64,000 nt of DNA. Source: Enoplolaimus lenunculus (lineage: Eukaryota). Below, in pieces: positions 1-14,653 of the stretch. The notes beneath the pieces were generated by a model. That model saw only the letters and a program-made list of their open reading frames with translations. It had not been told where the DNA came from and made no database searches. The DNA lies in contig JASANG010001414.1 in the NCBI GenBank assembly GCA_030248215.1, forward strand, positions 186,001-250,000. The letters are read 5' to 3'. Within the stretch, counting starts at the first letter, position 1. The number at the start of each line of letters is the position of its first letter. Both the position numbers and the translations under genes were made by a program.

Positions 1-199
1 ATCAAAACAGCCCTATTACACATCAGTTTGGTAAAGCCTATGTTAGTTGGCCCCTAAATCTGAAAGTTTGTCCCATGATTTAGAACAAAAATGGGTCCTG
101 CTTCTCGCTCACTGCGCTATTAATGTCTTTTCAGCTGCTACTAAAAGCGGACTATGTTCATTTGAGTTTCTTAATTTCTGTATGATTAGTTTCGAAAAA

Positions 200-720
200 T
201 GATAATTGAGCGAAGCGAAACGGGAAGCGTTTTATGTTTTGCACTCTGGGCTGGGGTCGAAAGGTGGATGTCCGTCTGTCCGTCCGAAAAGAATCTCAGG
301 AACGGCTGAACCGATTTTGACAAACTTTTTTGTTTGAAAGCCAATTATCCTGGGGTGTTAACCTCGCATTGGGATTTTTAAATTTTAAGTCGTTTAATAT
401 CTACAGGCTAATTTGTATAATTTGTTAAGCCTAAATTAGGACTTTCTACATTATTTCACTAATCATTACTGTTACAAGCAATTTAATTTCAGGATTAAAG
501 GGTTTTGGGTGCGAGGAATCTAAACAGACTGTTTAAAAACCTTCAAAACCGATAATTGAGTAGTTAGCTAATAGATAATTTGCATATTAGTATAGTGTAT
601 AAACCCAAATTAGATGCTGATGCTGATTAATTGGCACATTTCTACCCACTACGACTGGTTATTTATGTGACTAGTATACGCCACCTATATTAGAAACGCG
701 CACTGCGGAATCGCAACTAC
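200..720. mobile_element. Possible Helentron-associated (DINE-1/HINE-like) interspersed element
   Basis: GTCY microsatellite GTCCGTCTGTCCGTCCG (~270-286) followed by GAATCTCAGGAACGGCTGAACCGATTTT; a related segment occurs in reverse near 10170-10200. Boundaries are not resolved. Confidence 0.35.
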
Positions 721-807
721 ATTTGAATTGGAATCAGTGTTTCATTAACACTATGGATATTTTTATTATTTGTGCTTGCGTGACCATATTATTGTTATTT
801 TGTTTAG

Positions 808-3800
808 ATGATGGTGAAGTTATAGTATTGAGCGACGATTCAGATGTATCTACTTTGAAGGATGAAGAACTTGAATTCATTAGATCTAATTATGAAAAAG
901 TAATTATAATTAATTTTTTACGTAGGTTTCTCGTAGAAAATGGTGCAGCCAAAACACCGATTCCGATTCGAATTCCGATCCAAAACAAATTGTGATTCCG
1001 ATTGCGATAAAAATTCTGTATTATTTATCTATTAATGCTTTCTATAATCAATAATCGATTGTACTTTACCGTAGGAAAACCAAAAAGCATCGCCAATTTG
1101 TTCATGCGACGTGTTCGACAATTATTCGCAGCCAACATACCATAAATTAATATTATATTTCAAGTTTAAAGATGTAATTTGGTTTGGGCAAAAAGTGTTC
1201 AATTGGCTTTAAGTTTCTTTTTATACTCTGATTTACCTGCATTCATCCATTACGCATTTGCTTATATAATTCAAACCAGTTATTTCGGTACATATGTTGC
1301 TGTAATAAATACTAGTCCGCCGGCTTTGCGCACTGCGCATAAGTGATCCATTGCACAATAATCTACATGCAAAGTATCCTTTTGCAGAACAATAGCGTTT
1401 TTGTTCAAAGAAAATATTGAAATATTGTAGAAAAGTAATGTTGGAAAGTACCCAAATTACGAATCATGTGGGGCATTCTAGCTTTAATAATGTACATTTT
1501 CTTCTGGCATTTAACCATTATTGTTAAGATGGTCTGCTCTGAATTGACTATGGAACAAGTACGAGAGCGTCGAAATATGATTCGGCGCTTACAAGCAGAA
1601 CTTCGTGTCGAAGAAGCAAAGCTGGTTTTGTTGAAAAAGATGAGAATCAGTCAACAGCAACATCTAAACAACAAGGTTTGTCGGTCGGCACATGACGATG
1701 TCTGAATTTTATCAATAACGGTGGCATAAACAAATTTTGAATTTTACTGCCGATAAATAAGACTTTTAATTCTGCAAGTTATTTGTTTAAAAATATTTAA
1801 TAAATTTGGAAAATGCGAAAATATATCTCAAGCCTCAGCCGTTATTTTAGAGCCGAATGCATTCAGGGCTGTCTAAAGTCAACCACAGGATACCAAATTT
1901 ACCGAGGCGCACAGTTTATTGTCCAAGGGGAGGGGATTGATCGTGATGAAAATTGATTGCTCACTTTCTTTGTTAACGAATTTTGAAGGTTTAATGAAAT
2001 ATGTGGTAGGCTTATGTACCATCTTGTGCTTGCCTTGTATAAGTTTAGTTTGCAAAAAGAAGTTATTTCAGGAGCAATCGTCTGTTCAAAAACCGACGAG
2101 TTTTACGGCGATAAATCAAAACCAATCGCGTGGCAGTGGTAGTTTCAACAGTCAGCATTTATCTTCTAACAGTGCTGCTGGTGCTGGTAACACTAGTAAC
2201 AATAATGCACCCAGTATTCAACAAATGAATAACACTAACGCACACACTGAAAATCATGTTCGTGGCAGTGTGGATTTTCATCAAGCGATTAAGCTAGCAA
2301 CCAGTGCTTCTAATCAAAATCTTGATGAAGACATGCATCGACGTATGTTAACAGAGGGTGGTTGTGTTAAACCCAAAGAGATAAATAGTGATAAACGATT
2401 GCAATTGTAGCTGAGCTAGTTTGAGGTTGATGAAAGGATGCCGCAATGTTTTGCTCGTATTTTAGACTAAATGTACACGTGCTTACTTCCCCTAACACAA
2501 TGAATGTGTAATAGAATTATCAAATTAAGTTCCCCAAAGCGATATTTTACTACATTGTGACATGGATGGCAGGGTGCAACCGGAATTCCGGTTCCGGCAT
2601 TTTTTCAACTTCCGGTTCCGGTAAATTTTTACCGGATTTAAAAATTCCGGTATTATAATTTGGCCGTTTTCTTAACTTTGCTAATTTTTAAGAATCTCTT
2701 TTGAAAGCCACTTGTACTCCGAATATAAGCCATTGATGGTGGATTTCACTTCAGTCGATGATGAAAATCTAAAATATAACAGATAAAATAAATACCTATG
2801 TTCGAATAAGGTTGTTTCAGAAATAATAGAGCAAAAATACGATTAAAATGAAATTTTTGGTGAAATGCATTTTTCACTTTCCGGTTCCGGTAAAATTTTC
2901 AAATTCCGGTTCCGGTAAATTGTAATTCCGGTTGCACCCTGATGGATGGCTTAGGTTTAGGTTAACACATCTGTTTAGGCATGGGCGTGTGGAAGTAAAG
3001 AAATAAATAGAATTGCACAGCACTAGCAAAGTGAATGAACTTTTTACATTTGATCAGCAAGTAAAGTTGTCGTCATTGGCACTAACGGTCGCATATAATC
3101 CCCTTAGGTTCAGTATCATATGCGCAACGTCTGTTATAATTGGAGTTGGAGATAGTTTTGTGAAGACTTTCAAACGATGTGTTTGTGCCACCATTTCTAA
3201 GTGATAAATAAACTAAAAAATAGAGTTTGGCGGCGATTCATTAGTTTAATGATATGAATTAAACGGCAATTCTGAGCACATAAGAAATACTCAAAACTTT
3301 TGTTAGAAAATTTTTTATTTTCGGTGACGGTTAAAAATTGACCGAGACCAAACGTCTCGCTAGTTTGGGTCTCGTGCTCGGTCTCGATTTTTTGACCGAG
3401 AGCGCCCATTCCTGTTGAGGCATAAGGTTCTGGTAGCCGAGCTAATGTTTGTAGTATATTTTTATACGGTGTTTGTACATCATTTTTTCAACACTCATCG
3501 AGCCAAGTAAGTGTCGCTTTTAAGTTTTGTCCTATGGGGTCATTCTAATTAGAAACTGCATTATGTTACAGATACGCAGAGCGGAGTAGCAAATCAAGTT
3601 TCGTCCAACGCACGCGCGTCCAACATGTCGCATAGTTATTCGAGTGGCAACTTGCTGTCACAACAACAACAGGACCAGCGGCAACAAGAGCATTCCGCCG
3701 GGAGTGCGGAAGTTTCGTCTCAAAAACGCGCACCGCTGTCAAATACTCAGCCGACTCGTACTCCAGAACAGGTATGAAATTTACAAGTATTCAACGTCAA

Positions 3801-6800
3801 AATAACGCTGCCGAATGCGCAGGATTTGATCTCGGAAGGGCCCGCTATCATTCGAACTCAGACAACCATTGCTGATTTTTCACCCATCAAATTTCGAGGG
3901 TATGGACCGTGTCGAGGAACCCGTCTGCGTATGCCAGTGACCATACCGTGCGCAATAATTTGTTCAAGTTAACTAGTTTGGCTAGTCATAAACCACATCG
4001 CTGTCCATGCAATGCATTTACTTTTGGGTTGGCTGGATTTCGAATAACAGATCTAGCATAAATAATAGATAACTGGTTGTGCCTTCATTATTTGTTACAT
4101 TGTTTTAGTACAAACGTAGTGGTCTGATTTAGCATTGAGAAATTTTTGCTTAATGATATATCACGGAGTACATGCATTAGAACAGCCTATTGCGCAAAGA
4201 CACTGCAAAACTTTTACTACAATATTCACTCCCGTAGGTAGGGGGTTTTGACATATGGGATCACACAAGATAAACTCTTGCTAGTACCAAGAGTTTGTAA
4301 TGACTCCCGGTAAGAGTATGCAATTTACAAGGCCAAAATGCAACGCATGCTGGATACATTCGTTTTGACATAAAATGTTCTCAGTTGCATGCTCTTGTAC
4401 ACGTATGCATCTGGATCAACCACTCTTAATTTGTGTGTACATATTCGTATACAGATACTCCAAATCAAAGCCGCAGCCAAATTGACGCTTCGTAAACAAC
4501 TTGAAAAAACTCTGCTTCAAATTCCGCCACCGAAACCGCCTCCGCCTGAGATGCAGTTCGTTCCGAATCCAAACCAAATTGAGTTTGTTGGGATTTATGG
4601 TCTGGATTATTGCGTTCAACGGCTTGTTGAACAGCAGAGTAAGCTTTGGTTTTGGACACAGACTTATATCAATTCATTGCGTTGATTACTAACCTTTTGC
4701 ATATAGAATATAGTTGTTATATATAAAATAGAAGATGTGGTAAATATGTTTTGCACATGTGGCCGCAGCAACATTTTTATGTTGCGCAAACCTGTCGTGT
4801 ACATTTTTCGACTAGAGACCTTTAAGTATGGCATTAGTGCGACGCTTCTAGAAATGCACTCACAAGAAGTATGCAAGATTTTTAACTATATGTTCAAACG
4901 TAAGTCGCAGCTATTCCACGTCATGAATGTTAACAGCGTTTGTGTGTATTTTGTGGGTGGTAGGTTTAATGTATAGAACTGTCACTGAAGATTGATTCCA
5001 TGAAACTGACTTTCGTAAATTCGACTATGCTCGCTCAGTGTTTGTGCCGTAGTTTTTCGTTTTGTTCATTACGGTGTGATTTGTTTTCTGTTTTAGATCG
5101 CAAACGAGAACGTGACCGAAAGAAAGAAATCAACGCAAGTGAAGAGAACGACGCCGACAAACAGGCTGAGTTGGACAAAATCGCAGAACGAATCACTGAA
5201 ATTAAACAAGCGGAAGTCGCTGATGCACGGCCAAATTCGCCGTTTGAATGCGCTCAGTGTGGTACTGATTTTACGCCGTATTGGCAGACGGCGGAAATGA
5301 AAAACGGCGAGTATGTTACCTTCTACATCTCGTTTTTTGTATGCATATTTGAAATAGTAGCCCAATATTTGGATTATTACAGCATCAAATACCCAAAATC
5401 TCTCTGGAACACATACATTTTATTGTTCTTATAGATAGTAGTTATTTGTTTAAGTATTTTGTAATCACCTAAAGTAAACAATCGAAGGTAGATTGCGCTT
5501 CGTGGATTATGAAAATCTAAGAAACAGCAGATAAACCTCTCTCCAACTAGGGTTATTTCACCAATAATATTGTATTAAGAAAATTGAAATGATTTTTTGG
5601 TGGCGTGTATTTTTCATTTTCCGGTTCTGTTTCCGGTATTTTTTCAAATTCCTGTTCCGGTAAATTGCAATTCCGGTTGCACCTTGCCACATTGGTTAAT
5701 ATTTAGGGGTTTTCGGCTCGTGTATGGTTTTTTAGAATTTTCTTTTTTAACGTGGAATTTACGTTTACCTCAATTTTATTCCACTAGGAAAGCAATAATG
5801 TGCGAAGCATGCGTTCGTTCAAATCAAAAGAAATCGTTAAGGACCGAACACACTAATCGATTGAAACAGGTGCATTATTGACGGCTGGTATAGTTTTTAA
5901 ATGGATGGGTCGGTATTTTAAATAGTTGTGTTGCGCGAAGTGCACAGCTGGAAGGGGGATAATGGTTTTAGCAGTCTTTGCATAAATTTCGACTTTGTAG
6001 GACTTGTTTTTAGTATTTCTAAATACTACTAACCAGGTTGATCAACTTATTTCATAGAGTTTAATGCATCTATTTATTTTGGCCTTTAAACTTTATAGAC
6101 GTTTATGAAAGCGCTAAAGCAAGAGGAAGAAATTGAACAGAAGATACAATCTGGCGAGCTTACATTGGGCCCGCCGTTTGCCACTGCATCTACTAGCCCA
6201 AAACCAGGAATTCAGCAAAACAAAGTGAGCACAGCAGATGTCCTAGTGTGGTGTAGAATGATATTTCTCGCTTAGTTTTGTAGTTCTGCAATTGTATAAA
6301 AACGATGCTATTATAAACGGGTAGCAGGCAACATTTTTTCCGTGGGGAGGTTAATGGTAGAGTTATGAGATTTAAATATTGTTTGTCGAGCGTCCGTAAA
6401 ATCAGCAGAATAATTTATTCGGCAGTAAAATGTCCGCGTTAAAATTATTACGTTACATCGTTACAAACGCGAAGACTTAATCTCTAACAACCGCAAACGG
6501 TTATAATTTTATGAGATGTGTCTATTTCAAATGATTATTTTGAACAAAAACGCAAGCTGCATCGCCGTTTCCTCATCAGACGCACTGATTTACACAAGCC
6601 TGTGAAATTGATAGCATTCCAACTCTATGCTAAGTGTATAAAGTATCGCATAGAATCGGTAATTTTTTGCAGTGCCGATGCCGATACTATTGATGTACCG
6701 ATTCCAAAATCATTTCCGATGCTGATACCGATGCCGATCGTTTCCAATTTTACTGATGCCGATACCAATGTTTTAATATGAGACGCTTAAGGAATTAATC

Positions 6801-9711
6801 GTTATTACTTCAATATAAATGCGAAGACTTAATCCAAACTACCATACACCGTTATAATTTTATGACAACGGATCATTTCAGTAATTTTTTTTCAAACACA
6901 AATTCACGAGACATAAGTTTCCAGTTTCCGCCAACAGGTGAATTTTTAAGCATTCCACCTCATTGCTAAGTGCAAAAATTATCGGCAAAAAATCTCGACA
7001 CATTACTATCTAACTCTTGAAAATAATTTAGTACAATTAAGTGCTTCTTTTATTGGTTTATGCATTTACTGCGTGACTTCGACTACATATTTTGCTAGCC
7101 TTCGTTTCTGTATCAACTTATATATGCTAAGTGTGGGATAACGCAAGTTTTCTAAATGTTTTCTAAATATTCAGCGGAGGTTAATAACTAGTATTTATTG
7201 CAGCAGCAACCGCGATCAGCAACTACTGGTTCGTGTTCGTCGCCTGCGGCTACAATTCTTCAAAACGCAACGCAACAACAAGCAAACTCTCCCGCAACTG
7301 GGGGAGCCGGAACCGGAACAGCAGCAGCGTTATCAGCGGTGAATTTGATGGCCGCAATGCAACAACATCAACAAAAAGCGAACAATGATTCCGTTGGCAA
7401 CAGCAACAACAGCAATAGTTCAAACGCTGCTGCAGCTGCTACGGCAGCCGCTGCTGCGGCGGCGGCGTTGTTCGCTGCGAATGCAGGTATGTAGATAGAA
7501 GATAGATAGATAGATATGGTGTGGAAGCCTGGACACAATCGGAATTTCGTTCAGTCATTTTTCAGTTTGTTGCTCGATGGATAGAAGCAGGGTTGATTTT
7601 CCCCCGGAAAAAGGAACAATTAAATCGAGCAGAAAAATGAGTTTTTCCGGAAAAACGGCAAAATTGAAAAACATGTATTTGTGCTTCAACGAATGCAAAG
7701 ACGTTATATGGATGCGAAATCTGGTGTAGAGAAATTATACAAAATGAATCACATGACTATTTTATTAAAGCATATATCAACATTACAATATGTCATATTA
7801 GTATAGGTATAGCATCATGGGTCTAAAAATAGAATCTCAAAGCTTAGCTGGCCACAAACTTGTGTGCTTGAGTTAGGCACAAAAGTGCTAGCAGTTACTC
7901 ACGAAAAGTGCTGACTAATCTGGACATTCAGAGTAGTTTTATTGTTGTTTGAATTTAATTAGAAGTTTAATCGAAAACAACAAAATTATTTATGTAAGAA
8001 TCATAAGTTCACTGAAGTAGGATTATGCAGCAAAAACATTTAGGAGTAAGAATTAAAGCATATATCAACATTACAATATGTCATATTAGTATAGGTATAG
8101 CATCATGGGTCTAAAAATAGAATCTCAATGCTTAGCTGGCCACAAACTTGTGTGCTTGAGTTAGGCACAAAAGTGCTAGCAGTTACTCACGAAAAGTGCT
8201 GACTAATCTGGACATTCAGAGTAGGTTTATTGTTGTTTGAATTTAATTAGAAGTTTAATCGAAAACAACAAAATTATTTATGTAAGAATCATAAGTTCAC
8301 TGAAGTAGGATTCAGCAGCAAAAACATTTTTTAGTAAGAATTGGCCTCAGTTAGCGCAGCTGAAATTACGTTTGCTTCCAGTGTACCTCACTGACGGACG
8401 GTTACAGTGAACTCAAGCAGCAAAACGTCTGGTGTATCCCATCAAACATGTGTTACAAAATCTAGTGACTAAGCACCCCTGATACATAACGAAACTCGTT
8501 TCTGACAACATTCACGACAAAAACAATTTGTTACAGTTTTCCACGACCTTTTATCTCTGTTGCTTAAACGATTTCACGTTTAATAAAAAGTTTTTTTCAG
8601 TTGTTTTTCCGTGCCCAACCCTGCTCAGAAGATAGATATTAGATGGCATGTTGTAACTGACTTCTGGCACGTAAAATTCCGGTATATAATCAGTTTTTAT
8701 AATAATTTTGGGGTATTCTCAAAAAAATTTTACAGGTCTAGTTGATGAATCGCCAAGTCTTCTACGCCTTTAGTGCCCCTTGCTTCATACTTTTCCAGAG
8801 AATCTCGCAACCGAAACCGGATATAAAGTTATCCTAATATATGTTAACAGGTAATGTAGCCGGATTTGGCGGTAGTGGTGGTGGCGGCAACAATGTAGCG
8901 GGATCGTCCTCAGCGACTCCAAGCCTGGCGAATTTGACACCTCAACAGCAGATGTTGGTTGCGCGGTTGTCTGCCGCTGCAGCAGCTGCTAGTAGTGCAA
9001 ACGCGACTGGTGGTGCGGGCGGAGCTGCCGGAAACACACCTGGCGCAGCTGCGGTCAATCCGTTTCTAGCTGCAGCTGCAGCGGCCGCGGCTGCGACGGG
9101 CCGGTTTCCAGGAGCACCAAACGCGTCCGCCGGAGGGTCGGCTGGGTCTACAGGTTAGCAAATTAGATTCGTTTGGTTTTTTAAAACATTTGGAACTGAT
9201 TCACAAAATCTTCAAATGTTTCAAAAAAGGTGTTTTTCTTTGATCATGGCGTCTCACGCAAGTACGTAAAGTCGTCACGCTGCCGTATTTAAAATTTAGT
9301 TTTACTTCCCTTGTTCGAATCTTCAGATAACATGCTAAAGTTTCGTTTGTGGGTGAATTACAGGCTACGTCGTTGTCAGTAGGCGCTTTTCGCACTTTTA
9401 GTTTTGCTTTGTTGCCAACAATAATGAAAAGTTTGTACATCGAGGAAATTGCCTTTAGAGCTTAAGTGTGGTTTGGCATTAGTTTTCTTACAATTACTAA
9501 GTCAGAAAGCATAGTAAGCTTTTTACGGTCTATACTTGCACTTGAATAATGCTGTTTATTTTAAGGACACCAAAGCAACTCGTTTACTGAAGATTTTGTT
9601 AAAAATTTGCAGCAACAAAGTGCGGCAGCGTCTGCGGCTGCACAAATGGAAATGCATCGCAGGCTGTTGAGTATGTTGCCGTCAGCGCAATGGCCTTCGT
9701 CAAAAAAGTAA
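808..9711 (+). CDS. GATAD2: p66 / GATA zinc finger domain-containing 2 (GATAD2A/B, simjang-like) NuRD subunit; 5' end lies outside the window
   Basis: Exons reconstructed with GT-AG and matching phases: 808-899, 1529-1675, 2072-~2357 (donor uncertain), 3572-3771, 4455-4638, 5097-5310, 5788-5869, 6099-6224, 7204-7486, 8851-9153, 9566-9711 (TAA). They encode the p66 coiled coil ([25 protein letters not shown]), the conserved block [30 protein letters not shown], a GATA-like finger split over two exons (CAQCGTDFT...CEAC) followed by [25 protein letters not shown], and a C-terminal RRLLSMLP resembling the p66 terminal motif. Confidence 0.93.
1311..1500 (-). mobile_element. Helitron-like non-autonomous element, 3' end
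   Basis: On the minus strand a hairpin (TGCGCA-G-TGCGCA core) lies ~10 nt before CTAG|T; the segment is homologous in reverse to 39790-39959. Confidence 0.5.
2370..3413 (-). mobile_element. hAT-like MITE, family B (degenerate), hosting the family A insertion
   Basis: Ends in GACCGAGAGCGCCCATTCCTG and matches in reverse the element starting CAGGGATGGGCGGTC at 49431 over several hundred bp; left boundary approximate. Confidence 0.65.
2570..2941. mobile_element. hAT-type MITE, family A
   Basis: TIRs CAGGGTGCAACCGGAATT...AATTCCGGTTGCACCCTG with a perfect 8-bp TSD ATGGATGG (2562-2569 and 2942-2949). Near-identical copies in reverse orientation at 47640-48018 and 50074-50457. Confidence 0.9.
7588..8623. 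mobile_element. hAT-like MITE containing an internal ~288-bp tandem duplication
   Basis: Termini CAGGGTTG...CAACCCTG; flanks GATAGAAG/CTCAGAAG are only a partial TSD. Near-identical direct repeat at 7764-8051 and 8052-~8340. Confidence 0.6.
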
Positions 9712-12340
9712 ACAACGTTAGTTCATTCAGATTAATTGTGCAATTAGAATGATTTTATCGAATTCTGATGGCTGAATAAAGTAATTGGACTGTTTTTTAT
9801 TTATGCTCTGAATTGTAATGAATTTGAATAATACTCAAACCACACTGTTAAAACCGATGAAATCACAACATTGAAACAAAAAAATATTGCAGCTATTTGC
9901 AAACATTTTTCCGTGAGGTTAAATTGGATATTGGTAGTTTATAATCGGAATATGCGCATTTATACCGAACATGGTTTGGAAAACTAGTTCCGATATGCTG
10001 TGACATCGTGATTGCACTTGCAATATTTTGCGCATGCCAACTGGCCAACGTTGCTTTTAGCGCAATTTTTTGCCTAAGCAGTTTCTAAATCAAACGGCTC
10101 AGAATTTTAAAACTTCAATGCGAAATCTGTACCCCGGTGCAAAAAGCTTTGAAACAAAAAATATATCAAAATTGATTCAGCGGTTCCTGAGATTCTCGTC
10201 AAACGAGCGGATATCCATTTTTCAACCTCCGCGTACAAAACATAAAACGCTTCGCTCAATCACGCAACCCTTGTGAATACAGACGCCACCACATTAATGT
10301 TAGATCGCATCCGTTTTACCCAACCCTATGTGCTACTTAGTTGCTCTTGCTAAATCCAACGTATTTTAACTGTGTTGAAGTGAAAGAAAGCTTTTGAGTG
10401 CTCGAACTGTATAAAACATTTTCATTTAATAATAAAAATAGGTCAGAATGTTTGCTGCGTTGTCAGTGGTTTGGACTGCTTTATTATTAGTGTTTTAATT
10501 AAATGCATGTGCTTGTTTTATATTATATTGTGAGTTGTATCCTAATTAAATCAATGTGTTGTGTAGTGCAAGTGGGGTGAATAGCGTTAACACATTGTCA
10601 AATAGAGTAGACTATGGGCAACTCAGGGCAGTGTATATACGTTGGATAATATATATCGCACATTGTTTAACAATTCCAACACGTATACATAGTACTAAAT
10701 CAAAATTAAAATCTTTTTCTCGTGTTTCACTAAATGCGAAGTCGCTCAGATATGTTATGTCTGGTGCCAAAATTGTACTGATCAAATAAAAAGGTGTAGT
10801 TAGAGTCAAATTACTGGCAAGTAAATTTGTGAAATCGGGACGTAATGTGGTTTTAACAGTTACCAAAATATGGGCGAAAACACGATTTCATAATGTTCAA
10901 AACTGAAGTAACCAATGAAATATCAGCCGGAATCGTTGCAGTATTGATTCAACGACCTTTATTATGATTTTAAGGGTAAATCTCCGAAAGAAATGTGGGA
11001 AATGATATACTAAGAGCAAAAACTCTATTTTCTCATGTGTCAGAACGTTGCAAATATTGTCGCATACGAGGATTTTACATGCACAGGAAGACATCATACA
11101 CTTGGTTATGCCAGGGTGTAACTGGATATCCGTTTTCGGTAAAAAACGGCAGGTTTATGTTATGTCTCAAAATATTTCATTAGAGATATGCTGCAATTGT
11201 TCGAAATGAAATAAAAAATACATTCAAAATCTTCAACGTTTCGATGCATCCGTCATTTTTTCGTTAAAATTTTTGAAAGTTCAGTGAATATTTGCACGCC
11301 TCAGTTGTATCGACAGAAAAATTCCGTTCCTGTTTTATTTTGATCACTATCCGTTTCAGTTTATTTTTACTATCCGTTACACCCTACTGAAATATGGCAA
11401 ATGAGTTTTACTCTGTATTGCATCCAGTGCTTTGCAGTATTGCTCAGCTCGATGTCCTTGGAGGTCTTTAATTATTTGGATGTCATTTTGACTTACCCAC
11501 TACTCGCCCTTATTTTTGCTTCTGTGTTCAATAAAATTGAGTAAGTAACCCCAGAACACTATCAGATGTCTAAAGAATGCCATCTAGACAGCTAGCTGGC
11601 TATAAGCCTGTGGGTTTGAGTTCGGCAAACATCTGCTAACAGGATTTTTTTCTAGTTTAATCGAACAGATATTACAAAATTCAGTTCATCAGTGACTCGT
11701 TCCGGATGGGAGGCGCGACATATATAAACCAATTTCTTTGCAGTTTTCTGGACGCCTTGTCGTTGTTACGCAAGTTACTTGCTTAAAAATGACTATAATT
11801 TTAAATTTTTTCTTTTAATCACCCTTTCGGAAAAAAATTGTTTTTCGGTCAGTTTTTCCGTACCTCACATAAGTATGCTTGTTATAATTGCAAATCATGG
11901 TACAACCAACGATATGGTCTCAGTGTTTTGCGAAAATCGGGGTCCGGCTTCGGTATAATTTTTGGCGGAGATTCAGGCACTTTCGTTTCTGAATTTTTAG
12001 TTTTACTAAAACTTTATCTTTCAATGCTGATTTTAAGTTTTACTAAAACTTTATCTTTCAATGCTGAATTTTTAGTTTTACTAAAACTTTATCTTTCAAT
12101 GAGTTTAATTTTAATTTCTCGTGCGATTTTCATGAGAAAAATGTATAAATTTCTGATTAAAATCGAAAATTTTCGCAGGTACACTTTACAGAAATTTGCT
12201 AAACTTACGCAAATTTAACATTGTTTTGACAACCCATGTTAGATTTCAGGCCATCCCGTTTTATCGCGGAACTGCAATAGAGCAAGATTAAAAAATGAGA
12301 GTTACGGCCGAAAAATGAACATTGACCATATAATTACCTA

Positions 12341-12787
12341 CCGTAGTGACCCGAGTACGAGGGGGGACTGATATTTATTTTTCCTCTCCAGAGGGTACCC
12401 CCCTTGTTATTCGGTTACGGACTGGTATTTATTTTAACCCAAGCTCCGCCGCCCTTCGTTACTGATATATATCCGGTACTGCAATTATCCTTTGAATTAA
12501 ACGTTTATTTGCCTTGTGTCAATAGCTTGAACGATCATGCAAGGTTATACTTAGGAATGTACTTTCAAAATTTAAGTACGCTTTAAAGTTTCGAACTCAA
12601 CTTTATTTGGTCCTAGAGTCATTTATGCGCTACAATTAGGGTTAATTGACATTTATGGACTCTAATTAAGGCTTAGGGACCCTATCGGCTTACGGACTCT
12701 TATTAGGGATACGGACTCCAGTTGATTCGGACTCAAAATGGGGACCCCCTCTTATTACCCCTCACCCTCTTATTCGGGTCAATACAG
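12341..12787. mobile_element. Tc1/mariner-type MITE, family F
   Basis: TA on both flanks; TIRs CCGTAGTGACCCGAGTA / TATTCGGGTCAATACAG; reverse-complement homologue at 26974-27389. Confidence 0.75.
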
Positions 12788-14214
12788 TACTTTCACTTCA
12801 CGTCCGGCTCCGCCAAATTCTGTTGACCTCCGCCTTCGGTGGTTTTCACCACCGGTTGCACCCGGGCGCAAAACTTGTGTGGCTTCATCAATGAATAAAC
12901 AAAATCTTTGTGTTAAAGTGGTGGTTGAGACTCTTATGCGGCTATGAGGTTGCAACGGAAAGTGAAAAATAATGGTGTGTGGTCGTCAAATGAGTTTATT
13001 TCTAAGCCTACTCATGCAAAAAATTGGTATAAAGCTTAAGCTTACTCCATTCCATTCCGACAGAAAAACGTTCCGCTCCTGAACTTTACATGGGCCACTG
13101 TTCGGTACAACACGTCTGTGCGTTTCCTTGATTTGTTTCGGTAAAAACTTCGTCAGAGTATTGCCGGGGAGTGGTTCGGAAATTTGGCCGGTCGTTCAGT
13201 TTTTACTTGATTCGTCCCGAAAATTCAGATCATATGATGCTTGATCCCTCTACGGATTGGTTTTAGGTTCAGTAAAGTTTTTACGATCGTTGCGTTGGTT
13301 TTAGGTTCGCCAAAACTTTTTTCCGCAAGTATTCTTGGTTTAAATGGATTCGATAAAACTTTTTTCCGACGTTTTCCGTGGTTAAAAAGAATGTTTTTCG
13401 TGTTATGTTTCTCGTCAGGGAAGCTGCTGTCCACTGCGTTTTGCATCCGCAATTTGACAGAAAAAAAGCAGAATGGGAGCTATCGCGCTCCGCAGTCAAC
13501 GAACAATTAACGATTTTGCGAACCAAACAACGCGAAAAAGAGTACGACGGAACTGAGCATCGGAAATGGAAAAATTTGGAAAGGTTGGAAAGGTCACAGT
13601 TTTTTAAGTAAGTCCTTATGAGATAAGCTCGAGCTGATTCAGAAAATCACTGTTTACGTTGGAGTTATAACGTGCTGTAGTTATAATCTTCAAATATACG
13701 GTTGCTATGAGGCAAATCAATTTTTAGCTGAACCTGGTAACTTTTTCTGGTTCAACACTTTAGTTAAACGCAAAACGTAGACCTGTGTAGTGTCCAGTCA
13801 ATTACTATACCTGAATGTAACATAAAACACCGTACTACAGGTTATAATATGCGTTTACAAGCTAAACTCGGTAAAATGTCCGAAAAAGTGCCATTTGTCT
13901 CTCATCTTTCAAAGGCTTCTGGTGTCATAAACAGACACACACTAAGTTGTCTTTAATTTTGGCGATAACTGCGTTATTATTAATAAATACAGAACATGTT
14001 GCATACGGAGCAGTGGCGGTATTGCTTTCATTGCATTTTACATCGTTTTTAAGACACGTTTTTCTTAATATAATACACAATAGCACCAGGAATAACAAAA
14101 AAAGACAATTTTGTGATAGACTTCTAATAAAGCTATAATACAAAAATTTGGTGCACCGGCTTAATAGCTTAAACGAACACAGCATTTCGTGCACTAAAAT
14201 CAATATTAATGACA

Positions 14215-14500
14215 ACATATATACACACATATAACACATATATATTATATATTAACATGTATATATACATAAGTAATATGTATTATGTAGATATATGCCT
14301 GTATATCTATGTACATATATATAGATGTATAAATATATAGCGTATACATATTAACATATATATAATATATATTACGTAGATATATGCCTACATATGTATG
14401 TACATATATATAAATATATAAACATATATATGTATATACAGATATACAATATACATGTATAAATATATAACATTTAAGTAAAAATACAATGTATATAATT
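14215..14500. repeat. Degenerate (TA/CA)n low-complexity microsatellite
   Basis: Alternating purine-pyrimidine ATAT/ACAT runs. Confidence 0.85.
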
Positions 14501-14653
14501 TGGCATTTTGTATTGCTTTGTGCAATGTCTGTGACGCGCATTTTGATAAATTTCATTAGTGTTCGCTTGCAGCTGAAAATGGTACAGAAAACTTTATGCT
14601 TCTTCTTGCACATCGCAACATTCTTGTTTCCTATGTTTGCACATAAGCGCAAT

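Noticed and set aside
13225..13611. Overlapping short ORFs in a slightly GC-richer intergenic patch
   Set aside because: No homology I can recognise; more likely a decayed repeat or regulatory DNA.
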